Of a stretch of DNA of 55,134 nucleotides, positions 28,443 to 37,443 are shown piece by piece. The stretch lies in the IMG/VR virus record IMGVR_UViG_2547132035_000002. The stretch is one strand, 5' to 3'. Source of the stretch: a virus (taxonomy: Duplodnaviria; Heunggongvirae; Uroviricota; Caudoviricetes). Both the position numbers and the translations under genes were made by a program. Below the pieces are notes generated by a model. It saw nothing but the letters and a program-made list of their open reading frames with translations. It was not told the DNA's origin and searched no databases. Within the stretch, counting starts at the first letter, position 1. Every line of letters begins with the position of its first letter.

Positions 28443-28696
28443 AGAAAAATCATGATGAGCAATATAGACAATCTAAAAATAAATCAGGAAACTATCTCAA
28501 TACTTTTGATGTTATGGTTCTTAAAAAGAATAATAGATGGGTAGCAAGAAAAATATCGATTGAGTATGTTGAAGGTAGCTTATTTGATATAAAATCAATT
28601 GATGATAAACTTCCAATAGAGGAGTACCCATTTAAGGACGTATATAATCACTCTGGTAAGGTATCATTAATAGGATATGTTTATTAAAAATATTGA

Positions 28697-28729
28697 ATTA
28701 TGATAAAATTATGATAAAATTATGATAAA
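28697..28729 (+). repeat. three tandem 11-bp repeats ATTATGATAAA in the TA promoter
   Basis: Exact copies at 28697, 28708 and 28719. Confidence 0.9.
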
Positions 28730-28745
28730 TAAAGGAGTTGATATT

Positions 28746-29012
28746 ATGGAAATAAGACCAATATCAGATTTAAGGAATAAATTTACAGAAATTGAAGATG
28801 TTGTTAAGGAAGGACAGCCAGTATATTTGACTAAAAATGGCTATGGCTCTATGGTTGTCCTGAGCTTAGAAGAATACTCTCGCTTAACAGAGGATATTGA
28901 AGTGAAACTAGACGAAGCTGATAAAATGGCTTCATTAACAAAGAAACGTATATCCCATCAAGAACTTTTTGACAATGTAAGAGAGGGGCTTAAAGGAAAT
29001 AAAGATGAATAA
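28746..29012 (+). CDS. Phd/YefM family antitoxin
   Basis: IRPISDLRN...QPVYLTKNGYGSMVVLSLEEY. Confidence 0.9.
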   Translation: MEIRPISDLRNKFTEIEDVVKEGQPVYLTKNGYGSMVVLSLEEYSRLTEDIEVKLDEADKMASLTKKRISHQELFDNVREGLKGNKDE

Positions 29013-29316
29013 AGATTATGAAATTCATTATCTTCCTCTCTTTCAGGATGATTTAATGAAAACAGTTTATTATATCAGTAATATATTAGAAAATCCTGAT
29101 GCTGCTTTAAAATTAGTTGATGATGTTGAGAAAGTCATTCTAAAAAGAAGTCAAAATCCTCTTAGTTTTGAACCATTTCGTTCAAAACATAAAAGAAAAC
29201 ATTCTTACTATAGAATCTATATTAGAAATTATGTTATTTTTTATGTTGTTATAGGAAATGTAATGGAAGTCAGACGTTTTCTATATAACAAAAGAGATAT
29301 ATCAGAGTATTTATAA
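29005..29316 (+). CDS. RelE/ParE family toxin
   Basis: Overlaps the antitoxin; A.DDL...YI...NPDAA...YRIYIRNYVIFY.V...MEVRRFLY. Confidence 0.85.
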   Translation: MNKDYEIHYLPLFQDDLMKTVYYISNILENPDAALKLVDDVEKVILKRSQNPLSFEPFRSKHKRKHSYYRIYIRNYVIFYVVIGNVMEVRRFLYNKRDISEYL

Positions 29317-29350
29317 AGGATGATAATCTGCGCCATAACAAGTCTAAATA

Positions 29351-29420
29351 TGATATAATGGAATAGTAAAGTTAAACGAGAAGAATCTGTTTCTAAAGAG
29401 CAGATTCTTTTTTGTTTTAC
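29351..29420 (+). promoter_or_regulatory. cassette head 17 (49 bp identical to head 16)
   Basis: 29348-29396 is identical to 27949-27997; the right stem arm differs but still pairs. Confidence 0.9.
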
Positions 29421-29436
29421 AGAAAAGAATTAGAAT

Positions 29437-29943
29437 ATGGAGGTGTATTTAAATTTGGGAATGATTACAATGAATGATACTAGAAATAAAATTGTATTTT
29501 GGGATATTGATGGAACTTTGGCCAGTTACAGGTTTAATAATCATGTAGGGGACCCAAAGGGAAGTGAAAATGGCTATTCTTTAGATGAAGTCGAAGATGG
29601 AATTTTTTTGAAAAGGAATCCCTCTAGATTTATGCAAAAAGTTTTAAATGAATGTCAGGCAAAACAAAACATTATTATGGGGCACTGTTTCAATGAAAAA
29701 GAAAGGAAGGATAAATTTATTTGGTTAGAAAAACATTATCCAAATATGTCAGATATTATACTCACATTTCAAAATAAACCGAAATATTTAACAATTTTAG
29801 AATACTGTAAAGAGAAAAACATTGATTTAAAAAATATTATCTATGTTGATGATGTTTTGAGTTTTTTAAAAGAAGCAGAAAGAAATGGTATATGCAGTTA
29901 TCATATTAGCAGTTTTTTAGATTGGAATTATCAATTTATTTAA
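29437..29943 (+). CDS. HAD superfamily hydrolase
   Basis: IVFWDIDGTL motif I and YVDD motif IV; start uncertain (29437/29461/29470). Confidence 0.8.
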   Translation: MEVYLNLGMITMNDTRNKIVFWDIDGTLASYRFNNHVGDPKGSENGYSLDEVEDGIFLKRNPSRFMQKVLNECQAKQNIIMGHCFNEKERKDKFIWLEKHYPNMSDIILTFQNKPKYLTILEYCKEKNIDLKNIIYVDDVLSFLKEAERNGICSYHISSFLDWNYQFI

Positions 29944-29999
29944 ATGCTTTATAACAGAAGCAGAATTAGCATTTAGCAGATTGTATAATGAAGATTTCA

Positions 30000-30032
30000 T
30001 AAAAACCACTTGGTTAGTACAAGTGGTTTTTT
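30000..30032. terminator. bidirectional terminator between the HAD gene and the integrase
   Basis: aaaaaccactt/aagtggttttt. Confidence 0.8.
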
Positions 30033-30049
30033 CTTTGATTTAGAATTAT

Positions 30050-31033
30050 TCACGACTTTATATTTTGAAATTCACACTCCAAATGGTTAAGTATAGGAAA
30101 GAATTCTTCTTTTGAACTGATATAGATGTGGGCATATGTTTTATATAATTCGTTGACTGAATGACCTAAATGGTCTGCAATGAGATAATCTGGGACATTT
30201 GCATTAATTAACATAGATGCATGAGAATGCCTTAATCCGTGAATTGTGATACTTTTTACATGTGATTTGGAAATATATTTCATGAAATTAACACGTATAG
30301 TAGGGTATTTTAGAAAGCAACTATTTCCAAAAACAAAATTGCTCATTTTAAAGTTTGGATATGTTTCATATGTACAAAAAAGTTCATCCAATAAATTTAT
30401 GCATCCATCTGTTAATTCTATACACCGTTGACTTCTCCATGATTTTGGAGGACTAATTATATATCCTTTCTGTTTAGAAATATATCTCAAGGTTTTATTT
30501 ATATACAGTTTATTGCGACTGAAATCAATATCATTCCATTGCAATGATAATACTTCACCTATTCGCATCCCAGTAAAAAAGAGGATATAGAATAATGAAT
30601 AATATAACAAGTTATCAACAGTAGATAAAAAATTATTAAATTCATTAGAGGTCCAATAATTATTTTTATTCATATGAACTTCATTGGGGTTCTTATATTG
30701 AGGAATAAGAGACAATGGATTTTGTGCAATATACCCCATATTGACTGCAAAATTCATATATGCATTGAAAGTTCCTCTAATAGAGCAGTTTAATGTATTC
30801 GTGCTATAATTTTTATTGTTTCGGGATTTAAGACTGGTCATATCACTCCACCATTGAAGCAGCCTATCTAAGTTGATTGAACTGATAGCTGATGTTCCAA
30901 AATATGGCTGAATATATTGAATATATCTTCTTTTATAAGCAGTTAATGAAGCGAGCTTAAGAGTGTTTTTCATAATGTTTTCATGCTGTATAACAAGTTC
31001 ATCTAATGTTATATAATTTTTCATTAATATCAC
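30050..31033 (-). CDS. tyrosine recombinase (phage/Tn916-type integrase)
   Basis: GMRIGE (R), HGLRHSHAS (HxxR), LGH, YKTY (Y); N-terminal SAM-like domain. Confidence 0.92.
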   Translation of the reverse strand: MILMKNYITLDELVIQHENIMKNTLKLASLTAYKRRYIQYIQPYFGTSAISSINLDRLLQWWSDMTSLKSRNNKNYSTNTLNCSIRGTFNAYMNFAVNMGYIAQNPLSLIPQYKNPNEVHMNKNNYWTSNEFNNFLSTVDNLLYYSLFYILFFTGMRIGEVLSLQWNDIDFSRNKLYINKTLRYISKQKGYIISPPKSWRSQRCIELTDGCINLLDELFCTYETYPNFKMSNFVFGNSCFLKYPTIRVNFMKYISKSHVKSITIHGLRHSHASMLINANVPDYLIADHLGHSVNELYKTYAHIYISSKEEFFPILNHLECEFQNIKS

Positions 31034-31141
31034 CCTTTCATTTATATATGTAGTTACATTTATCAGTATAATGTGATTTATTTTACCATATATTGTCTCA
31101 ATAGGGAATATATTATGAGTGAATTTATAATAGAAAATCTA

Positions 31142-31212
31142 TGGTATAATTGAAATGTAATATTATACGAGAAGAAGGAATCTGCAATTTTGTAGATTCT
31201 TTTTTATTTAAC
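31142..31212 (+). promoter_or_regulatory. cassette head 18, divergent from the integrase
   Basis: TGgTATAAT, TGTAATATTATACGA, stem aaggaatctgcaa/ttgtagattcttt. Confidence 0.85.
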
Positions 31213-31225
31213 AAGGAGGAGAAAA

Positions 31226-31603
31226 ATGGAATTTATCATAAATAAGAAGAATTTTCATAGATTAAAAGAATATGGGTTTAAGTTGCCTGAAGAATGGCTT
31301 GCAAGTGGGGCTTTGGAGGGTACAAATGTAAATGAATATTGCATGATGGATGGCTGTTACTATATATATCTTATGGATGGTGAGAATCCTTCCAAAATTG
31401 CTGTAGAAGATTCAGGGAATCCTCTTTTAGAAGGCTGGGTTGATACAAGACCAGGAGAATATGGCATTTTATGGTTTGATGCAATTCCATATTGTACTTA
31501 TCATGTGGGAATGGATGATTTAGAAATGATGATGGATATTATTTATAGAATGACTAAAGAGGGGATTTTGGAAAGAATTGATATTAAATTGAAATTAATA
31601 TAG
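31226..31603 (+). CDS. hypothetical protein
   Basis: AAGGAGG RBS, 125 aa. Confidence 0.8.
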   Translation: MEFIINKKNFHRLKEYGFKLPEEWLASGALEGTNVNEYCMMDGCYYIYLMDGENPSKIAVEDSGNPLLEGWVDTRPGEYGILWFDAIPYCTYHVGMDDLEMMMDIIYRMTKEGILERIDIKLKLI

Positions 31604-31612
31604 ATAAATAAC

Positions 31613-31637
31613 AAAAAAGAGACCATTGGTCTCTTTT
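31613..31637. terminator. bidirectional terminator
   Basis: aaaagagacc/ggtctctttt between convergent genes. Confidence 0.8.
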
Positions 31638-31669
31638 GAATTTTATATAGGCATGATTTTTTATAATAA

Positions 31670-32695
31670 TTATTTAAGATAATCATTAATATTTGGATAT
31701 TCGTTTTTTTCTTGTAATTTCATACCATTTAAGCAATAGTCTAGATTTTCAAAAACGTTGTTATCGTATCTGTATTCTTCAACAACTTTCAACTTAAGTT
31801 TTAAAGTATCACCTTTTTTATATTGAGTTGTTAAGTTGCCAGCAAATGGCCAATGGATAGTAGAATCATCAGTATCAAAAGAAAATAATGTATAATTGTC
31901 TTCTTTATTGTACTGAATATCAGAAATAATATCACTGAATAAAATCTTATCATCAACATCATAATCCCTAAGTGCATTGACAAATACTTTTCTGTTTTCA
32001 TCATAGAATTGATTATTTAATTCCCCAGCACTCAATGATATGCTCTCTTTGCTTAAAGAAAATGGCTTTGAACTTAAATCCTTAGTAGGAAGGATATAGC
32101 TTTTTTGATTAGAAGCATTATAAACACTGTTTATCTCCAAGCCTTCCGTATTATAAATGTTCTGATACATATCTACTGACCTAGATGCTGATTTTGCATA
32201 GTCAACTAGTGTATAGTAGCAATCCCATTTACATTTATCAGTATCAGTAAATCGTAGATTATATATACCATATGGGCTTGCAGATTTATAATAAGAGTGC
32301 TGATTATGTGTTACAGACCTATTAATAACATCTTTCCCATTATTTGGTGCAGTAAGTGTAACTGCGATTTTATCAAGCCAATTTAGGAAATCAGTTTGAG
32401 CAAATGCGTCAACTTCCAACCTTGACTTTCCTAGATTAATATTTACTTTAACACTAGCTCCAATATCAGTATTAAATTTTAGAGAGCCTGTTCCACTTGT
32501 TATATAGTTTGGTCCCTTTTTGATAGTAGGTTTTCTATTGAAAAAAGCACTACTAGCTTTTTTTGCAATTTGCCATGCAACCGATTGAGCAATTCCTAAA
32601 TAATCAATAGCGTTTACAGGTCTCATACTCATGGAGAAAGTAGTGACTAATGATGCAAGCGTTATAAATAATATCCCTTTTTTTATTTTTTTCAT
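31670..32695 (-). CDS. secreted protein of unknown function
   Basis: Signal peptide MKKIKKGILFITLASLVTTFSMSMRPVNA. Confidence 0.8.
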   Translation of the reverse strand: MKKIKKGILFITLASLVTTFSMSMRPVNAIDYLGIAQSVAWQIAKKASSAFFNRKPTIKKGPNYITSGTGSLKFNTDIGASVKVNINLGKSRLEVDAFAQTDFLNWLDKIAVTLTAPNNGKDVINRSVTHNQHSYYKSASPYGIYNLRFTDTDKCKWDCYYTLVDYAKSASRSVDMYQNIYNTEGLEINSVYNASNQKSYILPTKDLSSKPFSLSKESISLSAGELNNQFYDENRKVFVNALRDYDVDDKILFSDIISDIQYNKEDNYTLFSFDTDDSTIHWPFAGNLTTQYKKGDTLKLKLKVVEEYRYDNNVFENLDYCLNGMKLQEKNEYPNINDYLK

Positions 32696-32715
32696 AATAT
32701 TTTCATCCTTTCTTG

Positions 32716-32919
32716 TTACTTGTTTAATTGCTTGAGTAAAACAAAAGTTAGGGGGAGTATTATACCTATATAAATAATGAAACTGATAATACCTAATATA
32801 TTCCCTTGTTGAACTGTAATTGAAAATGAATTTGAAATGACTTTAACTAAATAAAAGTAAGAAATTGAGATGAAAATAAATAATATAAACTTACATAATA
32901 ATAGAACTTTATTATTCAC
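32716..32919 (-). CDS. small 2-TM membrane protein
   Basis: GAGGGA RBS, two hydrophobic helices. Confidence 0.7.
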   Translation of the reverse strand: MNNKVLLLCKFILFIFISISYFYLVKVISNSFSITVQQGNILGIISFIIYIGIILPLTFVLLKQLNK

Positions 32920-33028
32920 ACTTTTCCCTCCATTTCATATTTATAATAATCTAATATTTATGAACTTGTTTTCTAACTATCAGTTTATTATAATTTTTAT
33001 ATAAAAGCGCTTTTATATCTTAATTAAA

Positions 33029-33057
33029 ATTTATCATATAAAGATGTAAATGTCAAC
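33029..33057 (-). promoter_or_regulatory. near-consensus sigma-A promoter for the 32919-31670 operon
   Basis: TTGACA-17 nt-TAAAAT with extended TG on the minus strand. Confidence 0.85.
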
Positions 33058-33063
33058 ATAACA

Positions 33064-33193
33064 ACTCTTGAAATAAGAGTTTTAGTATATTTTCGATTAT
33101 ATTCGCCTAAAATAGAGTTTTAAATATAATTTTTAAGGAAAACTATTTAATAAAATTGAAAAAAATATATATTTACTCTTGAAATAAGAGTTT
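33064..33193. repeat. two identical 19-bp palindromic sites ACTCTTGAAATAAGAGTTT
   Basis: Copies at 33064-33082 and 33175-33193; ACTCTT-N5-AAGAGT dyad. Confidence 0.85.
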
Positions 33194-33533
33194 GCTGTGT
33201 TGCTACATTAAGCTCGAACCTTTTTGGTTCTGTTGAAATTAGATTTTCTTTATTTTATGAAAGAAATCCAGAGATTAAATTAGTTGATTTAAGAAGAGAT
33301 AGACTAACCACATCTTGGTTGATTAAATTTAGCAATGATGAGCTGACTGAGGTTGCTTGTCCCAAAACAGAAACTCTCAATCACCTTTGTAAATCCCTAG
33401 AAAATATAAAATTAATAGATAAAAAAGAATTAAGTAAAAAAATGTTCAGAAATTAAATGAGCTTAAATAAGTTTCTAATAATCGATGAAACACTCATCAA
33501 ACAAGGAGCGTTTTTGTTATTCTATTATAGAAT

Positions 33534-33568
33534 ATGTTATACTTTTATATAGCAGGACATTGCTGGAG
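33534..33568 (+). promoter_or_regulatory. Ntn leader motif B with promoter
   Basis: TGtTATACT then AGCA-ggacat-TGCT-GGAG (33551-33568). Confidence 0.65.
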
Positions 33569-33577
33569 GTATAGGTA

Positions 33578-34231
33578 ATGTATCAGGAATTAGAAAGGAG
33601 ACGAAATTATATGTCTTTTATGGTTGCAATGAAAACAAATAATGGTGTTATAATTGCATCAGATTCTTATAGCACTTATCCAAGCAGAGGGTTGAAAGAT
33701 GGAAACTATAAGAAAATTCATTGTATGAAAGAAAATGAACTATATATTGGAATCGTAGGACTCAATCAAGTAATTAAGATAGAAGATAACAGTCAAGCAG
33801 ATGATATAAATGATATTCTTCCTCATTTCTTTAGTGATATTACATCATTTGAGGAACTGCAGCTACAAATTAATCAATTTGCTTATTATGTAAAACCAAC
33901 TTGTGATAATGAATGTAAAGATATTTCATGTGTATTCATATACAAAAAGATGATGACAAGTTTGGATGTATTACATGGAAAAGGATATTACTTGAAAATA
34001 TGGAATGATAACGAAAGTGACATATTATTTATGGGAGAAGAATACCATAAAATTATTGCAAGAAGTCAGTTTCATCAGGCTGATTTAAATTTATCATTAA
34101 AGGATTCATTAAATAAATGTATACAGACGATTGAAAATGCTATTCATGAAGAAGCAAAGCTTTTTGAAGAGAATAAAAGGGTTGTTGGTGGACCAATTCA
34201 ATATATGATATTGGATTATGGTCACTTATAA
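33578..34231 (+). CDS. proteasome-beta/HslV-like Ntn hydrolase 2 (mature Ser after Met 33611)
   Basis: S1...GVIIASD17...K33K34I; FMGEE; VVGGPIQY; clear paralog of 23647..24315. Confidence 0.7.
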   Translation: MYQELERRRNYMSFMVAMKTNNGVIIASDSYSTYPSRGLKDGNYKKIHCMKENELYIGIVGLNQVIKIEDNSQADDINDILPHFFSDITSFEELQLQINQFAYYVKPTCDNECKDISCVFIYKKMMTSLDVLHGKGYYLKIWNDNESDILFMGEEYHKIIARSQFHQADLNLSLKDSLNKCIQTIENAIHEEAKLFEENKRVVGGPIQYMILDYGHL

Positions 34232-34282
34232 TTGATAAATATATGGTAATGTGAAGCAGGATATTACATACTTATAGATATA

Positions 34283-34349
34283 TGATATACTATATATGTC
34301 AGTTAAAACGAGAACGATGTATCTTCGAGATGCCTCGTTTTTTTGTACA
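34283..34349 (+). promoter_or_regulatory. cassette head 19
   Basis: TGaTATACT, TTAAAACGA, stem aacga..atct/agat..tcgtt, T7, GTACA, AAGGAGG. Confidence 0.75.
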
Positions 34350-34472
34350 AAAGGAGGAAGTAAAATGACAAAAGTGAAAAACTAATCTGTTAACATCGCA
34401 ATGTAGGAGTGGTGATTTTAGAAGAAATAGATATTAAGCGCAAGAACGTGCGCGCATAAAGGAGAAGAAAAT

Positions 34473-34676
34473 ATGAAATATTATGTAGCTTATATTGAAA
34501 ATGGAAAATCTTTTAAGGATAATTATATTCATACAATAATTCTTGAATATCCTAAAGAAATTAAATCTGAACTAGATATAGAAAAATTAAGAGAAGAAAT
34601 AAGTAAAAATATATATCTTGCACCTTGTCATCATATGGGTGAGATTATTAGTTGGCAAAGATTGAGTGATGATTAA
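34473..34676 (+). CDS. hypothetical protein
   Basis: AAGGAG RBS, 67 aa. Confidence 0.65.
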   Translation: MKYYVAYIENGKSFKDNYIHTIILEYPKEIKSELDIEKLREEISKNIYLAPCHHMGEIISWQRLSDD

Positions 34677-34763
34677 GCGGTAAGCATTACAAAAAATTCT
34701 GGTATTGTTCTAGATAACTTAAGAAAAACTGAAAAGAATTAAAATATGTGTCAGGCTAAATTA

Positions 34764-34830
34764 TGATAAAATAGAGATGTAAACATAAACGAGTAAGTCT
34801 ATTCTTTTGAATAGACCTTTTTTGTTTAAC
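34764..34830 (+). promoter_or_regulatory. cassette head 20
   Basis: TGaTAAAAT, TGTAAACATAAACGA, stem gtctattc/gaatagac, TTGTTTAAC. Confidence 0.85.
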
Positions 34831-34850
34831 AAAAATAAGGAGGAATTAAA

Positions 34851-35195
34851 ATGTTTAAAAAAATAATGAAATTAGTTTTGAGACATAAAGGTATAAAACT
34901 TGCTTATACAAAAGAAATGAGAAAACAGGATGAATTATGGCAAACTTCAAAAGAAGATTTAAAAATGATGTATTTATTACAAAGCAGAATATTAGACGAA
35001 GCCAAACAGAAAGGGTGGCAAGGATATGCTGTCACTTATGAAGTAAATAATGAAGAAGTTGTTACAGATGTCTATTTAAATAAAGAAGATTATGATAATC
35101 AAACAGAGAATTTTGAGTCTTTTGGAAACTGCAAAGGTCTTATCAAGTGTCTAGAAGACATAATGAATTTGAAAAAGACAATTTTGAATTATTAA
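34851..35195 (+). CDS. hypothetical protein
   Basis: AAGGAGG RBS, 114 aa. Confidence 0.75.
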   Translation: MFKKIMKLVLRHKGIKLAYTKEMRKQDELWQTSKEDLKMMYLLQSRILDEAKQKGWQGYAVTYEVNNEEVVTDVYLNKEDYDNQTENFESFGNCKGLIKCLEDIMNLKKTILNY

Positions 35196-35232
35196 ATTAC
35201 AGTTCAAAGACAAAAAAGGAGGAAATTGAAAA

Positions 35233-35754
35233 ATGAAAGACATGAAAATGAGAGCATGGATAATTCCTACGCTTACAGACTCATATAGTGATGGGAAAAT
35301 TGTAAAAGTTAACACTATTCATTTGGGAAAAGAAAAAGTTCAGATTGGATATAAAAAAATATATGATGGTGACAAAGTAGGAGGAAATATAAGTATTCCT
35401 TTTAGCCATATAGAATTAATGCAATTCATTGGACTCAAAGATAGGAATAACAAAGATATCTATGAAGGCGATATTGTCAAAAGTTGGTATCCCTATAATG
35501 ATAACTATATAGAAAATACTGATATTGTTGAATGGAATGATGAAGAATGCTCTTTTATGCTTGGAAGTAAGAGACATTTTCATAAGGGATTAATGTTAGA
35601 AGTATTGGGAAATATTTATGAGAATCCAGAATTATTATTGATAGGAGAGGATGCAGGAAGTAAAGAGGTTAAAGCAAGAGAACTCGTGAAAAAAGGCTGT
35701 CAGATTCACATTGTGGATAACAAAGAGCAAATTCATAAACTCTTAGAATTATAA
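35233..35754 (+). CDS. YopX family protein with BRCT-like tail
   Basis: K.RAW, LMQFIGLKDRNNKDIYEGDIV, EVLGNIYENPELL; then IGEDAGSKEVKAREL. Confidence 0.85.
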   Translation: MKDMKMRAWIIPTLTDSYSDGKIVKVNTIHLGKEKVQIGYKKIYDGDKVGGNISIPFSHIELMQFIGLKDRNNKDIYEGDIVKSWYPYNDNYIENTDIVEWNDEECSFMLGSKRHFHKGLMLEVLGNIYENPELLLIGEDAGSKEVKARELVKKGCQIHIVDNKEQIHKLLEL

Positions 35755-35782
35755 ACGAAAGAGGACAAGAGCCTCTTTTTTT
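35755..35782 (+). terminator. promoterless ACGA-tagged terminator
   Basis: TAAACGA overlapping the stop codon, aaagagg/cctcttt, T7. Confidence 0.75.
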
Positions 35783-35807
35783 GCTATCAGACAACAAGTA
35801 AGCTCAC

Positions 35808-36188
35808 CTAATGGTGAGCTGTCGTAAGTCTGTCTTTTTTCTTTTTTAGATATCTTCCATTATGTGAAAAATAGTTTTGAGAAGGTTGATAAACTGTTGA
35901 TACAGAGAATTTACGACCTCCTAATGCAGAAACTTCTTCATAGATAACAATATGATAATATTTCTTGTTTTGATGACATTTGGCCAAAATGACATATGAT
36001 GGATGATTTGCCCCTTTATAATGTTCCTTATATTGAGCTATTGTATTGTTATTATCAGTTAGCATATCTAAAATCATAAGCTGAGAAAGTCCTCTTTCGA
36101 GACCTCTCTCGTGACAGTGTTTAGAAAATTGCACCAATCCAAACTTTGCAAATTTTCTAATTTCCTTCACTTTACTTGTTAAATCCAT
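35808..36188 (-). CDS. DUF4258 domain protein (RelE-like toxin fold candidate)
   Basis: FSKHCHERGLERGLS...Y......PSYVIL...YHIVI......STVYQP. Confidence 0.65.
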   Translation of the reverse strand: MDLTSKVKEIRKFAKFGLVQFSKHCHERGLERGLSQLMILDMLTDNNNTIAQYKEHYKGANHPSYVILAKCHQNKKYYHIVIYEEVSALGGRKFSVSTVYQPSQNYFSHNGRYLKKKKDRLTTAHH

Positions 36189-36339
36189 ATTATAGTCCTT
36201 TCATAATTTCTACATTGGTATTCGATGATGAATCCAATTGAGATAATTCTCATTTTAATCGTATATATACTCTTTAATTATACCACTAATCGCTAATTTC
36301 TTTTGTTAGTATACTTATAGCAAATAAAAAAGTGCTATA

Positions 36340-36603
36340 TTAATTAGCACTTGTTTGAATGTCTTCAGTTTTATCATCTTCTGGCATATTGTTTATTTTT
36401 TTAAAGGATTCTTCAACTATAAAGTTCTGTAAAGACGAAGCAACCTGAATTGGATGAACACCTGTATTCTGACTAAATAATTGAATCATATTTGATATCC
36501 CATAAAGAAGTTCTTCATAGCTAAATGGAGCTGTTGTATCCACTTGGCAATTGAAATTCTTTTTATCATCTAAAGAATAGCTTATTGTAATTTTTTTATC
36601 CAT
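36340..36603 (-). CDS. hypothetical protein
   Basis: AGGAGG RBS before ATG 36603 (MDKKITISY). Confidence 0.7.
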   Translation of the reverse strand: MDKKITISYSLDDKKNFNCQVDTTAPFSYEELLYGISNMIQLFSQNTGVHPIQVASSLQNFIVEESFKKINNMPEDDKTEDIQTSAN

Positions 36604-36611
36604 TATACCTC

Positions 36612-37313
36612 CTAAATATAGCGACATGACCAGGCATATGTACGTGACCAAAACGCTGAATAAATACTTGAGACTTTTACAACATCACCTGTTGTTGGAG
36701 CATGAACCATTTTTCCATCTCCTATATACATTCCTACATGACTAATTCTATTTGAACTTTTGTCTGTTCTAAAAAATAATAAGTCACCAGGTTGTAAATT
36801 TCTTTTTGAAACCTTTTGCCCATACTGAGCTTGACTTGCAGCAACTCTTGGAATATAAATTCCATTTTGTCTGTATGCCCACTGTGTTAAACCAGAACAA
36901 TCAAAAACGTTTGGTCCAGTTGCACCCCAAACATAATGACTTCCTTTCTTAGAAAGTGCTGTTTGAATAATGTTTTTGCACAATTTTCTTTTACGCTTTC
37001 TTTCCTTTTCAGCCTTTTTTGCCTGTACCTCTTTTTCATGTTTCACAATAGCGGCTTCCTGTTTAGATTCATTTGAATGTAGCTTATTTGCAAGTTTTTT
37101 ATATGAATCAGCAATATCATCTACAGAGACTTTTTCCTCAGCATTTTTCATCAAATCTTCATCATTTAATGTGATATCTTGTGTTGATGAAATTGCTGTG
37201 GAGTCTACTGCATAAACCGTTTTAATTTGAAAACCAGTGCATAGCATAAAACATACGATAAGTAATCCTACAAGCCAAATTTTTTGCTTCCATGTTGCAT
37301 AGATATTTGACAA
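36612..37313 (-). CDS. NlpC/P60 peptidoglycan endopeptidase with signal/TM
   Basis: YVWGATGPNVFDCSGL, HVGMYIGDGKMVHA; GGAGGTG RBS before TTG 37313. Confidence 0.92.
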   Translation of the reverse strand: MSNIYATWKQKIWLVGLLIVCFMLCTGFQIKTVYAVDSTAISSTQDITLNDEDLMKNAEEKVSVDDIADSYKKLANKLHSNESKQEAAIVKHEKEVQAKKAEKERKRKRKLCKNIIQTALSKKGSHYVWGATGPNVFDCSGLTQWAYRQNGIYIPRVAASQAQYGQKVSKRNLQPGDLLFFRTDKSSNRISHVGMYIGDGKMVHAPTTGDVVKVSSIYSAFWSRTYAWSCRYI

Positions 37314-37443
37314 TGTATTCACCTCCGATAAATTTATGTACTGGTCTATTATAACACATTCCTCTGTTTTTTGGTTGAAACGCAAGACTGTTATCAAGAC
37401 ACTGATAAATATGTAAACAGGACAGCACATCTTTAAAGATATG

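Noticed and set aside
30050-31212. Canonical integron (intI/attC)
   Set aside because: The integrase looks phage/Tn916-type, the heads carry promoters, and many have TAC rather than AAC with no RYYYAAC/GTTRRRY consensus. Kept only as an analogy.
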